Origin: Hormiphora californensis | Taxonomy: Eukaryota; Animalia; Ctenophora | Length of the DNA stretch: 64,000 bases | Assembly: GCA_020137815.1 (NCBI GenBank) | Contig: CM035350.1 | Coordinates: 2,356,001 to 2,420,000 of the forward strand | Direction: 5' to 3' | In this document: positions 32,540-61,314 of the stretch, in pieces | Layout of the letters: every line of letters starts with the position of its first letter | Position numbering within the stretch: the first letter of the stretch is position 1 | Position numbers and translations under genes: made by a program | Notes under the pieces: generated by a model | The model's input: the letters and a program-made list of their open reading frames with translations, nothing else | Database searches by the model: none | Told to the model about the DNA's origin: nothing

Positions 32540-34631
32540 CTCGACCAAAACGCGGAGTTTTTACGTCAGCCGACCCGAAACCGGATTAAATTTGGCCACC
32601 CTCTGGTCTCAGGGCCTCCAAATGTGTCAAAATATGTCTGAATTTTCATTTGGGGTCATTTAGACCTTTTAATTACATGTAATTACCCTTTAATTACATG
32701 TAATTACATTTTAATTACATGTAATTACTTCCAATTACATTCCAATTACTTCAGCACCCCGAGAGCTTTCGAACGCACCCTAGAACACCTTTCTACTCCT
32801 TCTAATTGCCGAGTTCTGTATACCCCTTATTTTGACTGTTTTTCGCGTCCTACCCCTTATAGGTTTGGGTATGGCCATCGCCACACCCCCTATACGTCAC
32901 GGGACCTCGAGACCTTTCCAACGAGCCATAGAACACCTCTCTACTACTTCAGGGGGCTTCAAAACTTTCACTCTAAAAATATCTATGGTTATGGTTATGG
33001 TTTACCTCGACCAAAACGCGGAGTTTTTACGTCAGCCGACCCGAAACCGGATTAAATTTGGCCACCCGCTGGTCTCAGGGCCTCAAAATACGTCAAAATA
33101 TGTCTGAATTGTCATTTGGGGTCATTTAGACCTTTTAATTACATGTAATTACCCTTTAATTACATGTAATTACATTTTAATTACATGTAATTACTTCCAA
33201 TTACATTCCAATTACTTCAGCACCTCGAGAGCATTCGAACGCACCCTAGAACACCTTTCTACTCCTTCTAATTGCCGAGTTCTGTATACCCCTTATTTTG
33301 ACTGTTTTTCGCGTCCTACCCCTTATAGGTTTGGGTATGGCCATCGCCACACCCCCTATACGTCGCGGGACCTCGAGCCCTTTCCAACGAGCCATAGAAC
33401 ACCTCTCTACTACTTCAGGGGGCTTCAAAACTTTCACTCTAAAAATATCTATGGTTTATGGTTTTATGGTTATGGTTTTTTTTCATCTGGTATTAAGGGC
33501 CTGTCGGCTCGGCCCCGTTGTTTTAGTTTTAGGGGGGATGTTTTAGGGGGGATAGGTTGAGTTTGGGTTATATTCGGGTCGGGGGGCCTTGCCAGGCCCC
33601 GAATCAAGCGTTCCGACAGGTTATTATATGGCAAGAGTTGATTGGCTGCATGCATGGAGGAGACCTCCCGCGATAAAGCAGCTACAAACAGCGACCAATC
33701 AAAATAAGCGATACAAAACACTTTCCCAGAAAGCAATTATTGGAGCTAATCAATAAAGGGCAAAAAGACATGGTATCTATATCGACTGGGGAAATGACAT
33801 ATCAAGCGTTCCGATTTATACCCTCTCTTGCCCGCGATTATGCCTCTCCCGGTCAGGGAAAAATAACCTTTTAAGAAAAAAAAGATTTTACTCGACCAAA
33901 ACGCGGAGTTTTTACGTCAGCCGACCCGAAACCGGATTAAATTTGGCCACCCGCTGGTCTCAGGGCCTCAAAATATGTCAAAATATGTTTAAATTATCAT
34001 TTGGGATCATGCAGACCTTTTAATTACATGTAATTACCCTTTAATTACATGTAATTACATTTTAATTACATGTAATTACTTCCAATTACATTCCAATTAC
34101 TTCAGCACCTCGAGAGCTTTCGAACGCACCCTAGAACACCTTTCTACTCCTTCTAATTGCCGAGTTCTGTATACCCCTTATTTTGACTGTTTTTCGCGTC
34201 CTACCCCTTATAGGTTTGGGTATGGCCATCGCCACACCCCCTATACGTCGCAGGACCTCGAGACCTTTCCAACGAGCCATAGAACACCTCTCTACTACTT
34301 CAGGGGGCTTCAAAACTTTCACTCTAAAAATATCTATGGTTTTATGGTTTATGGTTTTATGGTTTTATGGTTTTTTTTTCATCTGGTATTAAGGGCCTGT
34401 CGGCTCGGCCCCGTTGTTTTAGTTTTAGGGGGGATGTTTTAGGGGGGATGGATTGAGTTTGGGTTATATTCGGGTCGGGGGGCCTTACCAGGCCCCGAAT
34501 GGTTTTTTTTCATCTGGTATTAAGGGCCTGTCGGCTCGGCCCCGTTGTTTTAGTTTTAGGGGGGATGTTTTAGGGGGGATGGGTTGAGTTTGGGTTATAT
34601 TCGGGTCGGGGGGCCTTGCCAGGCCCCGAAT
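32540..34631 (+). mobile_element. Cluster of HINE/DINE-1-like elements: truncated copy 32540-33005, full copies 33006-33604 and 33891-34500, extra 3' end 34501-34631
   Basis: Subterminal IR ccgacccgaa / ttcgggtcgg, internal aattacatgtaatt and (ttatgg)n repeats, 3' hairpin ggggcct-tgcc-aggcccc; no TSD seen. Confidence 0.8.
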
Positions 34632-34894
34632 GTATATCGTATTGTTGAATGTTGAGTACCTAATATCTCTATAACATGTATAATATCTCTATTATTATGA
34701 AAGTATTACTCTTTATCATAATTTGGAAATGAACGTGATGGCCATTCGTTCAGTGCGTTGTTAAGCAATATTTTATGTGCTTGAATCTGTAAAACTAATT
34801 TTCACTCTCCTGGAAGTTTGTGAATATTTTCTAACGAATTTAAACAATTCAATCCCTATACGGTGTGTCCTGCTTGCTGCCATAGCGAATCAAG

Positions 34895-36241
34895 CAGGAA
34901 ACGACCGAACCGGGTTTTTTTCCACCGAACCGAACCGAACCGAATTTGAAAAACTTTTTTACCGAACCGAACCGAACCGAACCGAACCGAATTTCGGTAA
35001 CCGAACCGAACCGAACCATACAAAACTTTTTCTGTATAAATGTTTTTCTAAAAAGTCATGGAGAGCACCGATCAAGGTATTGAGAATCATTCTCTGAAAT
35101 TTTGTTAAAAAATGTTTGAAAAATTTCAAAGTCAATTTTGTGAAAAAATTTTCAAAGTCAATTTTATCGTAAATTTTCTATGTCAATTTTTGCGTACGAA
35201 TCGTGTTTCGAATCGGGAATGGTATACGGGAATGGTATTGCTAATTAGCAGGATTAAACGAACCATGAATCGTGTCTCTCTAAATTTCCTAATTAGATTT
35301 GATGGGGGATCACGTATCAGCACAATCCATCTCGGACCCACTAATTACCAACATCACTCCCGTTTAGCATTGTCGATTAGAAACACGATTCGTATACCAT
35401 AATTTACTTAAAATATTTTTCACAAAAAAATTTCACAAAATTTCAGGTAATGATTCTCAATACCTTGATCGATGCTCTCCATGAATTTTTAGAGAAACAT
35501 TTAATTTTGTGAAAAAACTTTGTAAAATATTTCAAAGTCAATTTCGGAAAAAAAAATCTATGTCAATTTTGCCGTACGAATCGTGTTGCGAATCGGTGAT
35601 GCTATGCGGCAGTGCTCTCGCTAATTAGCAGGATTTATTGAAACATGAATCGTTTCCCCTAAACTTCCTAATTAGATTTGATGGGGGATCACGTATCAGC
35701 ATAATCCATCTCGGACCCACTAATTAGCAACATCACTCCCGCTTAGCAATACCGATTCGAAACACGATTCGGTCGCAAAAATTGACATAGAAATTTTCCA
35801 TAAAATTGACTTTGAAATATTTTCCAAACTTTTTTACAAAATTTCAGAGAATGATTCTTAACACCTTGATCGGTGCTATCCATGAATTTTTTGAAAAAAA
35901 AGTTTCTGAATTTGTTGACCCTCTCATGAGGACACGATTCGACGGGAAGTCAGGTATCAAATCAATCCATATCGAACCCGCTAACTAGCGAAATCATTTC
36001 CACATAGCACCACCGATTTGAAATAGGGTTAATACGGCGAAATTGACATTGAAATCCATACAATTTTCGTGAAATAATTGAAAAATTTTGCATGAAAAAG
36101 CCCGATTTCTGGGCATTTTTTGACCAAAAAATTCGGTGGTTCGGCCAAAATTTCCTACCGAACCGAACCGAACCGAACCGCCCAAAAAACACCGAATTTC
36201 CGAACCGAACCGAACCGAACCGAATATTCGGTCGCTTCCTG
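34895..36241. mobile_element. hAT-like non-autonomous element with (accga)n subterminal repeats and internal ~370-bp reiterated units
   Basis: TIR caggaa(a/g)cgaccgaa; 8-bp TSD gaatcaag at 34887-34894 and 36242-36249. Confidence 0.9.
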
Positions 36242-38019
36242 GAATCAAGCCATAGTTTCTTTTCTTCATAGCTTCACACGACAATGAAATTCTTGCCTAG
36301 CTCGATCCCCTTTTACATTTTACAAATGTAAAGGAGGGTTAGAACATAACACGGAAATTCGGCGTTATTTTAGAAAATAATGCAAATAATATTTTTATTC
36401 CGTCTTTTATACGCCCCATAATAAAATTTCCATTTCCAATCTATATTTATACTTCCACGGAATTACACGTCACAGGGAAGCAGACTGAACAGCTTTGAAG
36501 CATAGAGTGGCAGTTAAAATTCATACAAAATCAAAGTCTTATTGGGAGGTCTCGAGTTTCACAATGAACCATCTGCTAGCAGAGGTAGAGAACTTATTAT
36601 TGCCATATGTTAGATAATAATGGGAGGTAACAGCTTATCTATTGTTTTATTCATTGAGTGTATTAGTCCAACTCCTGGTCTTGAGTCCCATACAACGGGA
36701 GCAATAGGATTAAAGGCTCTACTACAAATTAACATAATTTACACCGTGTGTTAGTCATGTGAGTAGTCGTGAACAAGAAAAGTATAATGACTAAGACCGT
36801 CTTTATGATATAATCGTTGTTTAATGTAGGACATTGGTCGTTGACCGATGTTAAATCTGTGAGAATAGGTCGTTAGTTCCAGTATCTAGTTCAACCATGT
36901 TGTGTGAGCAATGCACAATTATTATATTCTTGATATTTTGCATTTCCAGCGGCTTTTTCCCCGGAGACTCTCGAAAGACAGAGTTGGGGAAACTAACGAT
37001 ATTGTCATTTGACAAAAGAATGCAACGATTTCTATTTTCTACTCATTCAGACAATTTATCATCAACTGCTTCTTATATCAGCTAGCTGCGGTTATCTTTT
37101 AACCCCTAGTAGGAGATGTGCAAGTGATATTCCATAACCTTAATATTGCGCAGAATCTAAACGAGCCAATTAGCTTCCTTAATTATACGGCTGTCGGGCG
37201 GCCCGACTTTGCAATCGCTAACATACATCGGCAAATTCCTATTAAATGCAGATTACATGACACATATGACACACTCTCCTCTGGTGGTCGACAGACCTTT
37301 GGAGTAGGATCACGTTTGAGCGATCTTGTCCCCCTCATCCCAAAAGAAGAAGGATCAGATCACATTCGAGGAATCTGATCCCACACCACAACTGAGCTAG
37401 AGAACATTCTCCATTCTACCGAACAAAATATCTCAAGACGTGTCATGATCTTAGCAAGTGCGAACACAGGACCCACGATCATAGGGGAAGATCCCTATGA
37501 TATATCTCCAAACGTTCCTTGGTGCTTTCTTGAGTAAACTTTAAGGTTGTATTTCATACTTAGGAGCGGGCCATCCTTCTGCTGAATGACTAATGAGTGG
37601 TGGAACTTCGTCGCAATTTTAATCAATGCAGTAATTTATTAATCTTCTCCCCCATGGGAGACCGGTATTTTCATATTGATATTGTTATCTAATCCCACTT
37701 TAACCCCCTTTTAGAAAAAACTTCGTCGCAATTGACGTAGTTTTAGGTAGTTCTCTCGGTGACACTAATGACTAACAAACTATTTCTGTGCAAAAGGACT
37801 CCTTTTACACAGAAATAGTTTTTAAAGGAGCTGTGCAAAATACTGACCAAGCACGGAGTACCAACCAGAGTCTTTGGACTTTGTCTCGTCAGGGGGTGCA
37901 GCAATGACCATGGGAAAATTCACAAAACCCAAGTGGCCAGTGGGGCTCAGTTAGTTTCTACAGTCTACTTTTAAAGCGTTTGTGCTGCATCAACCATCGA
38001 AAAGTTGTCAAGTGCTCTC

Positions 38020-38137
38020 AGGTTGTTAAAATCTTAGGGCTGTGATTGGGGTTAGGCCTTACGGCTCGCCGTTCGCGCTCAGGCCTCGGGATTTCCTGTC
38101 AAACAAACTTTGGTTTAGCCAAAACGGGTGAGTGATT
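38020..38137 (-). repeat. Fragment of a C-family-related MITE; inverted homologue at 42620-42740
   Basis: gggatttcctgtcaaacaaactttggtttagccaaaacgg is the reverse complement of ~42648-42687. Confidence 0.7.
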
Positions 38138-38139
38138 TT

Positions 38140-40330
38140 TTTAACAAGATAGACAACGATATAATGGTACTAAATCAAATAAATTGACAGAAGCTTTCGA
38201 GATCACTGTGTATCACGTCTTCAGCTATAATGAGAGTGAGGGTGGTAGTCCTTATAAGGGAGGAGAAGAGATAGGTGATCCAGAGGGAGGAGATGTGGTT
38301 AGGAAGGAGAGGTGATCCAGGGAGGGGAGAGAGGTAAGTGATCCAGGGAGGAGAGCAGCTAGGAAGCGGTAGGTGATCCGAACTTGGAGATGTTGCTGGG
38401 TCTAGACGGAAGGAAGAGGTGATCCGAGAAGGAGTTCAGCTCTTGGCCTGAAATTCTCACTACTACCATCTCTGACCCTGTTGCCCGTATGGCTCCTGCT
38501 TTACAAGCTGCCCTCAACCTTCTTCCTTCTGTATGGACTCTGCAGCCTCACACGAAGTTACTACTGTCCTCTCCTCCTACAAACCTACTAACGGAACGAC
38601 AACCTATCCTCCGAACAACGACTAGCCCTGAAATCCCTCCGTGATAAACGCGACACCCTCCGATTCCTTCCTGCTGATAAAGGGAATGCAACTGTAGTCC
38701 TTGATGAACAACAGTACCTAGATAAAGTCTACCAACACATCGACGCCGCCAACGCCTATGAAGTCCTTCCCTCCGACCCTACCTCTTCTATCTCTGGAAA
38801 ACTAGACAGGACCCTGAAGAAGCTTGTTGCTGAGGGGTCCTTGTCTGATAAACTACGCTCCTGTATGCGACTGACCAACCCACGCTATCCTCAACTCTAC
38901 GGCCAACCAAAAATCCACAAACCTGGCGCACCCATCCGACCGATAGTTGCCTTCTACAACAGCCCTCTCTCTGCCCTCCATAAAACCCTCTCCAACATCC
39001 TCAAACTTAACCTCTTCCTCCATCCGTCTCAAGGATTCTAACGCCTTTGTCCAACATCTTGCTACTACTAACACCCCCTCCTACCCCTACTATTTCTCTT
39101 TGGACGTGGTATCCCTCTACCCAACTGTGGATATGCACACTGCCGTGGACACTGCCATCTCTCGCCTTGAGGAACAGCCTGACCTCCTACCTTCTCCTCT
39201 AAAACCTCAAACCTTGCGGACACTTCTCCTCTTCTGCCTTGATAATGCCTACTTTGAATTCGACGGGAAGTTCTACAAGCAGACCTCTGGTGGAGTTATG
39301 GGATCACCCCTCACTGTAGCCCTAGCTGAAATCCGCACCTCCCAACTGGAACAACACGCCCTGGATACATTCTCCGACCCGCTTCACTCTTACCGACACT
39401 TTGTAGACGATGGAATAGGAGCCGCCCGAGACGCCGATCACGCTACCGCCTTCCTAAACCACATCAACTCCCTCTCTTCTGACCTCCAGTACACCATTGA
39501 ACACCCCAAGGATGGCTACCTACCTATCTGATGTCCTCATCCCCTGATCTTTCTACGTCTATCTCCAGGAAACCTACCCACACCAACCTCTACCTGAAAT
39601 ACAACTCCTCTACCCCAGCCTCTACTCTACGCTCCGTCATCCAGTCCCTCACCAGACAGCCTACACCTCTGCTCTCCTCAACATGTGGAACAGGAACTCG
39701 ACACCGTCTACTCTATCTGCCTGGCTAATGGATTCCCTCCTCACGAGAACAACCACCCGATGGACTCTGTACGTGATAAACTACACAGAAACCCACTATG
39801 GTGACTTCGACCGTGAATGGAGAGACTCTCAACGCATCACCCACAGGATCTCTCTTCCTTATCATCCTGACCTGGCCAACCCACTGAAGAGGATCCTCAA
39901 CCGCTACAACATCGCTGTATCCTTCTCTTCTTCTTTACCTCCATTAGGAACACCCTCACCCGTACCAAATCCTCTACTCCCTCTTCTTCAACGTGCAACG
40001 TTATCTACCGGATTCCCTGTCTGGACTGTCCTGCTTCCTACATTGGCAAAACCAACGACCTGTTCTTACTCGCATCACGGAACCGAGCGCCATCACCGCC
40101 TTGATAACTCTACTGATTCCTTGGAAACATCAAATCCGCCCCTGCCCTACATGCCCTAAAATCTTCACACACCATTGGCTGGAACAACACGGAAATCCTA
40201 ACTACTGCCCCATCCTCTTCCCACTTGGATCTCCTAGAACACGCTGCCATCACCATCCTCAAACCTGAACTCAACCGTACCCTCAAGGGACCCGCCATCA
40301 ATCCTCAGTGGAACTCCCTCCTTCCTTTGC
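38140..40330 (+). mobile_element. Penelope-like retroelement (RT plus GIY-YIG endonuclease), 5'-truncated and frameshifted, with inverted terminal segment 38140-38460
   Basis: ADKGNATVVLD, LYGQPKIHKPGAPIRPIV, FSLDVVSLYPTV, FEFDGKFYKQTSGGVMGSPL, RHFVDD, RKPTHTNLYL, NVIYRIPCLDCPASYIGKT. Confidence 0.93.
38187..38228 (-). ncRNA. Minimal type I hammerhead ribozyme in the inverted pseudo-LTR of the Penelope-like element
   Basis: Minus strand: atag-CTGAAGA-c-gtgat-acacagtg-atctc-GAAA-gc-TT-ctgt; palindromic aagctt at helix III; TATA-like cttataag ~25 nt upstream. Confidence 0.6.
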
Positions 40331-42292
40331 CACAAAACTGGAAGATGATGAGATCTTCGATGAAACACGCACACACTTTGACATTCCACTCTGTATGAGG
40401 CAAGGGATTCATTGATCACTTACAACTGCTACATACTACACACACACACAGGACTATGATATTTCCCCGTGCTATCTCTCTCACACGGGCCGAATCAAAG
40501 AGAGTCTAGGATTTCAGGAAGTTAAATCTCACCCCTACCTTGGTACTCTATCCAGTATGCTTTTGTAATACCCCGAGGTACCACCGCGACTCATAGTACG
40601 GAAAAGGAGGTCCCGGGTCAAAAACTTTAAAAAAAGGTTGGTTTTTTAGAGAAAAAAGTTGGAAATGTCTGTCATATATAGGATGTGTATAAAGTCAAGG
40701 ATGATGATTAGGTACGATGATTAGGGTTCGGGTCAGTGTTGTATATTGAGCACATACCTTCCTTTGCTTTCCATACTCTTGCTCTCTCTGCTGGGCATGC
40801 TACTAAATAAGGGAGGTGTTTAGCTCTGAAAATAACTACAAAATTAACTGAAGCTCCAAAAAATAGCAGTAATTAGCGCTTCTAGAGAGGGCACAACTGA
40901 AAAGACAGGAAGGACGTGGAGAGATAGAGTAACGGATATAAGAACGTGGTATAGTGTCTGTACAGAATGAGGTAAGTGGCTTGGAATTATTCCATCAAAA
41001 CAAAACCATCAAATATTGGTTGGGGCATGAAACACTAAATTAACCAGTGGACCTGTCTAAAAGGTGTCCTGGTCGGATACAGCGTACCACTTTACCACAC
41101 CGAGTGTACACGAGAGAACATAGAGGAGAGAAGGGAACTTATTGACCAAAAGAAAACCACTGGTAACACTGGAAATATGTTCGAGACAGTTGTCAGTTGT
41201 TACAGAACTTTGTTTCCCGCGTAACACGTTTTAGTGAACAGCCTGAGAAATAGATAGACCGCCTGGTAACGCCCCCCCCCCCCCCCCGGCTGTCCTCGAG
41301 TCATAGATCCCTAGCTCTCATGGAACGTTAAGATGGAAAATAACCCGACAGAGAAACACAAATTGTGTCTGTTGACAACCTAAAAGTCAATATGGGCAGA
41401 TTCCTCGACATATGAACAATCATTTGCTGTACTGGGGGCAAGGTTGTGGAACACTTTGCCTCGATCTGTAAAGGAGGCCCCAACTCTTTATCAGTAGGTA
41501 GTTTCTCTTACCATTCGGATACACACCCCCCACACACCCCCCCCATCAGCGGTTATCCTGCTCAAGCAAAAGCAACTCAATACGAGAGTGGTTCCATGAT
41601 GCCGTTGGTGTTATGTGTCGGTGTGCTGTGAGTGTACTTCAGTATTGACTCTTTTTAGGAGGTTTATCTTTTTGTGTGTTCTTGTGTGTTACGCAAATTT
41701 ATGAATTTTGATTTGACAGCATCCCCGATAAACCCGGCACTTGTTTGTCAAACTCTTTATTTATTTAAACAGCTAACTTGGCAACCGGTCACAGGATACC
41801 TCAGTCCTCACCACTGGGGAGTGGGGACAACTCGCTCTTTAGTCTGCTGAGTTTTGTAATTCTTGTAATAAAATCGAACCATATTAGCATAAACATAATA
41901 ACAGTTTATATACCGCACTGACACAGTTTATTTACAGACAACTTGGTTCCTTCATTTGAAGGGACTGCAGTAGACTGCCTGCTCCTAGCGCGGTTCTCTG
42001 ATAATGGTGAATTAGTGGGGAACTATCCCACTTGGATAAACTATTACGGAGAATAGAGCCGTCTGGATCTTCTAATCGTATCCGTTTCAAAGTGGACCTG
42101 AGAGCTTTTTGCCCTTCAGTTCAGAGGCGTCTGGCGATAGCAAAACTTAAGTAAAATAAACGTCACCTGATAGATAATAGATAACCCTAAAGACGGCTTT
42201 ATCAGTAGCCCTAACCTGTAAGTTGTAACCTAATTTAACCTCCAAAACACTAGACAAAACAGGAGCAAACTGCAAATCTTTCAACTCGAAAG

Positions 42293-42350
42293 TTGGCCTA
42301 TGCTACAGCCGTGGAAAACGCGCGCACTTGGGGTCTGCAGCGCATGCCAA
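42293..42350. mobile_element. 58-bp micro-MITE of family D, 9-bp TSD actcgaaag
   Basis: Reverse-complement homologue of 18828-18895; TSD 42284-42292 and 42351-42359. Confidence 0.85.
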
Positions 42351-42845
42351 ACTCGAAAGCCGCCAAAATTTTAAAATTTTCGGAACTTGGTCCGGCCCGA
42401 CTGAGAAACTGAAACGCGCGGCGCGGATCTTCGCGCGTGACATTTGCATCGCATAAAGGAAAAAATTGCCGCGTTACATTATTTGCCGAGAAGGAGCCTC
42501 CGTATCTTGCACTGACTTGCTTAGCTTCAGCCTTTTATTTTTTGTGCGAAGCATTTTTAAATTTTGGCGACTTTCGCTACGCGACCGGGGCCAAAAAGAA
42601 GGAGCGGTAGTTGCCCTGTACTAAAATGGCTCTAACAATCACTCAGCCGTTTTGGCTAAACCAAAGTTTGTTTGACAGGAAATCCCGAGCAGCGAGCCGT
42701 AAGGCCTAACCAAACAGCCCTAAGATTTTTACCCAACTCCTAAATGTGGCAAGTTCATCTTTGTGGCAAAAGACTTTCGAATCATTGCAATCGCCCTTTC
42801 TCAACAAAACTGATTGAATCAGCACACACACAACCCAATCGTATT

Positions 42846-59115
<16,270 letters not shown>

Positions 59116-59644
59116 CCGGGCCAGGCCTTTGTTCCATATTGGAACCCACACACTTGTATTGAATACGGGATATTAGGACTGAAGAGAGAGATAAGGGAAA
59201 GAGAGACAGTAAAGAGACAGAGATTGTTCCAGCCCATTCTGCTTGTGCCGCTCGATTCGTGAACCGTTTTGCAGTACATTTCTTATTATTGTGATTGAAA
59301 TATTTATTGTTTTTAATTAAACAACACTTAGCTTTTACCTTTGATTTGATTATGCTCATGTACACATGATTGTACTTGATAGAGGAAGAGAAGAGAGAGA
59401 GGAATTATGCGTGTACCAGATATGTAATTGCAAATCGAAGAAGAAGCCTGCAGTAGGGATATGATTTAGGGAGTGATTGGGTGTTTATTGGTTCAGTGTT
59501 GTGCAGTTATTTACGTTTTTTGTTGAGAGACTCACAGATAGATGCTGAAAAACGAAATGCACTTGTTATAGGTATTAACTTCAACGATATTTCATTTTGT
59601 AAAACATATTTACCAATTGTACAAAAAACACACACCACACATAA

Positions 59645-60073
59645 CTAAGAAGTAGAGTTACCATAGGCCGCTCCACACGACTTGACCAGTAAATCTTTCA
59701 CCAATTCAAGGGTCAGATCGGCCACATCGGACGCCTCGATAACCTTGGCACGTTGGGTGAAGATCTCATCTACCTCAGCTCTCAGTGTGATCATCTTGCC
59801 TCTCTTGACGAGGCCAACATCTCCTCCACTCCAGCATATCATCACAAACTTCTCTCGTTTACTCATGTCGTCACCGACCACAACCTTGGCATACCCAAAC
59901 ATCAGTTCGTCCGATTTAAAGAGGGGCAGCATGTTCTCATAGTCGTCACCTTGTCCCACCAGAACCAGCTTGTTTTTCTCCACTCCTAGCACTACCCATG
60001 GTGATGTGGTGTTCTCAGGGTCCAGCTTTCGAACATGTTCTCGGGCATCCAAAACGTCTTGTGCCACAGTCAT
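59645..60073 (-). CDS. COTL1: Coactosin-like ADF-H actin-binding protein (142 aa)
   Basis: WVVLG, GDDYENM..LFKSDELMFGYAKVVVGDDMSKREKFVMICWSG..VGLVKRGK, GAAYG; an acceptor-like cctag lies 2 nt before the ATG. Confidence 0.9.
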   Translation of the reverse strand: MTVAQDVLDAREHVRKLDPENTTSPWVVLGVEKNKLVLVGQGDDYENMLPLFKSDELMFGYAKVVVGDDMSKREKFVMICWSGGDVGLVKRGKMITLRAEVDEIFTQRAKVIEASDVADLTLELVKDLLVKSCGAAYGNSTS

Positions 60074-61314
60074 AACTAGGAGATGCTACAAAGGAATGGG
60101 GAGCGTCAGTAAAATATTGAACAGAACAGTGGCTGCTAAGTAAACATTGCATAACATGTCCATTCCCTACACACAACCTGAGTGTCCAGACGGCCAGAGC
60201 ACACACATGGGTCGAGACAAAAAGGGAAAGAGCGGGGCCTATGCATTGGCAATCCAATGCAATTGCAGTCTGTAGCTGCAAATGCATGGTACAGACTAGT
60301 TGAGAAGTCTCCAAGTCTAAGTGTAATAACAGTTGCAGTTAGGATTGTAAAAAGAAACCGACCCGGCCAAGGAAAGCCGAGAACTGTGCTGATATATGCC
60401 GAAGTTATCTTATCTGGAGAGCTCACGAGTGACAAAATGCAATACAAGACCTTCTCAATCAACGATTTTGCTAGTGAAATGTAACACCAAAGCTAGCCTG
60501 ACACTCTGGCGTATGAGGACACGGGCATACACATTACACTCCTCACACACACACAGCAGATGAGACTGGGTTTGAAAACAAGATCAATGGCATAGGAGTA
60601 GGAGCGGCCGAACAACGTTCCCCAGGGCTGATGCGATCAGGATAATGATTTTATCCACCGCAAAGTTATTTCATGACATGTTCCTACGTGCTGCGTCAGC
60701 AACTCTGACCGGGTGTCAACGCGCGCTCCAAACAAAACGTTTTGTAGCGTGGGACTGCTGCAGCAGCAGGTTGCAAGAGCAGGGATCGTGATCGGGGGAA
60801 CGAAGGACAACGAGTGGAAAGGGCGATACAAATGCAGCATAATGTACAATGGAACGCCGAACGGATAACAAAGACTAGTGTACGGCTTCACAGCATACCA
60901 CAACGTACAGTGTGTGATGTGCAAGGAAGCTCTAGTGTTGACAGGAGTCATTTACGTTTGGCCTCCACCAGCCACCTGACCGTTGCCTTCCCCTTCTTTC
61001 AGTTTCAAGGACTCAGACAATAATCTTAGGTTTCATTTACTTGAACTTAGTTAAAATTAAACATTCATCAACATAGCAATGGCTCCCATAACAAATCTCT
61101 GGCGGACAAAATATCGAAAATCTGATAAATTAAAAACAATAATTATATTGTAATTTGCACCATGCACTGTCTCTGGTCTCACCTAACAAACAAACTAACC
61201 TAAAAATAATCGCATAACGCCGCGACGGGGTGGCGAAAAGGACATGTGCCTACATCCAATGAGGATGGAATATTTAAATTATACAGCACACACAGTTTGG
61301 GTACACACTGTTGG

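Noticed and set aside
38270-38430. CRISPR-like array (gtgatcc with variable spacers)
   Set aside because: The repeat is only 7-8 bp, spacers are low-complexity, there are no cas genes, and the context is a eukaryotic PLE.
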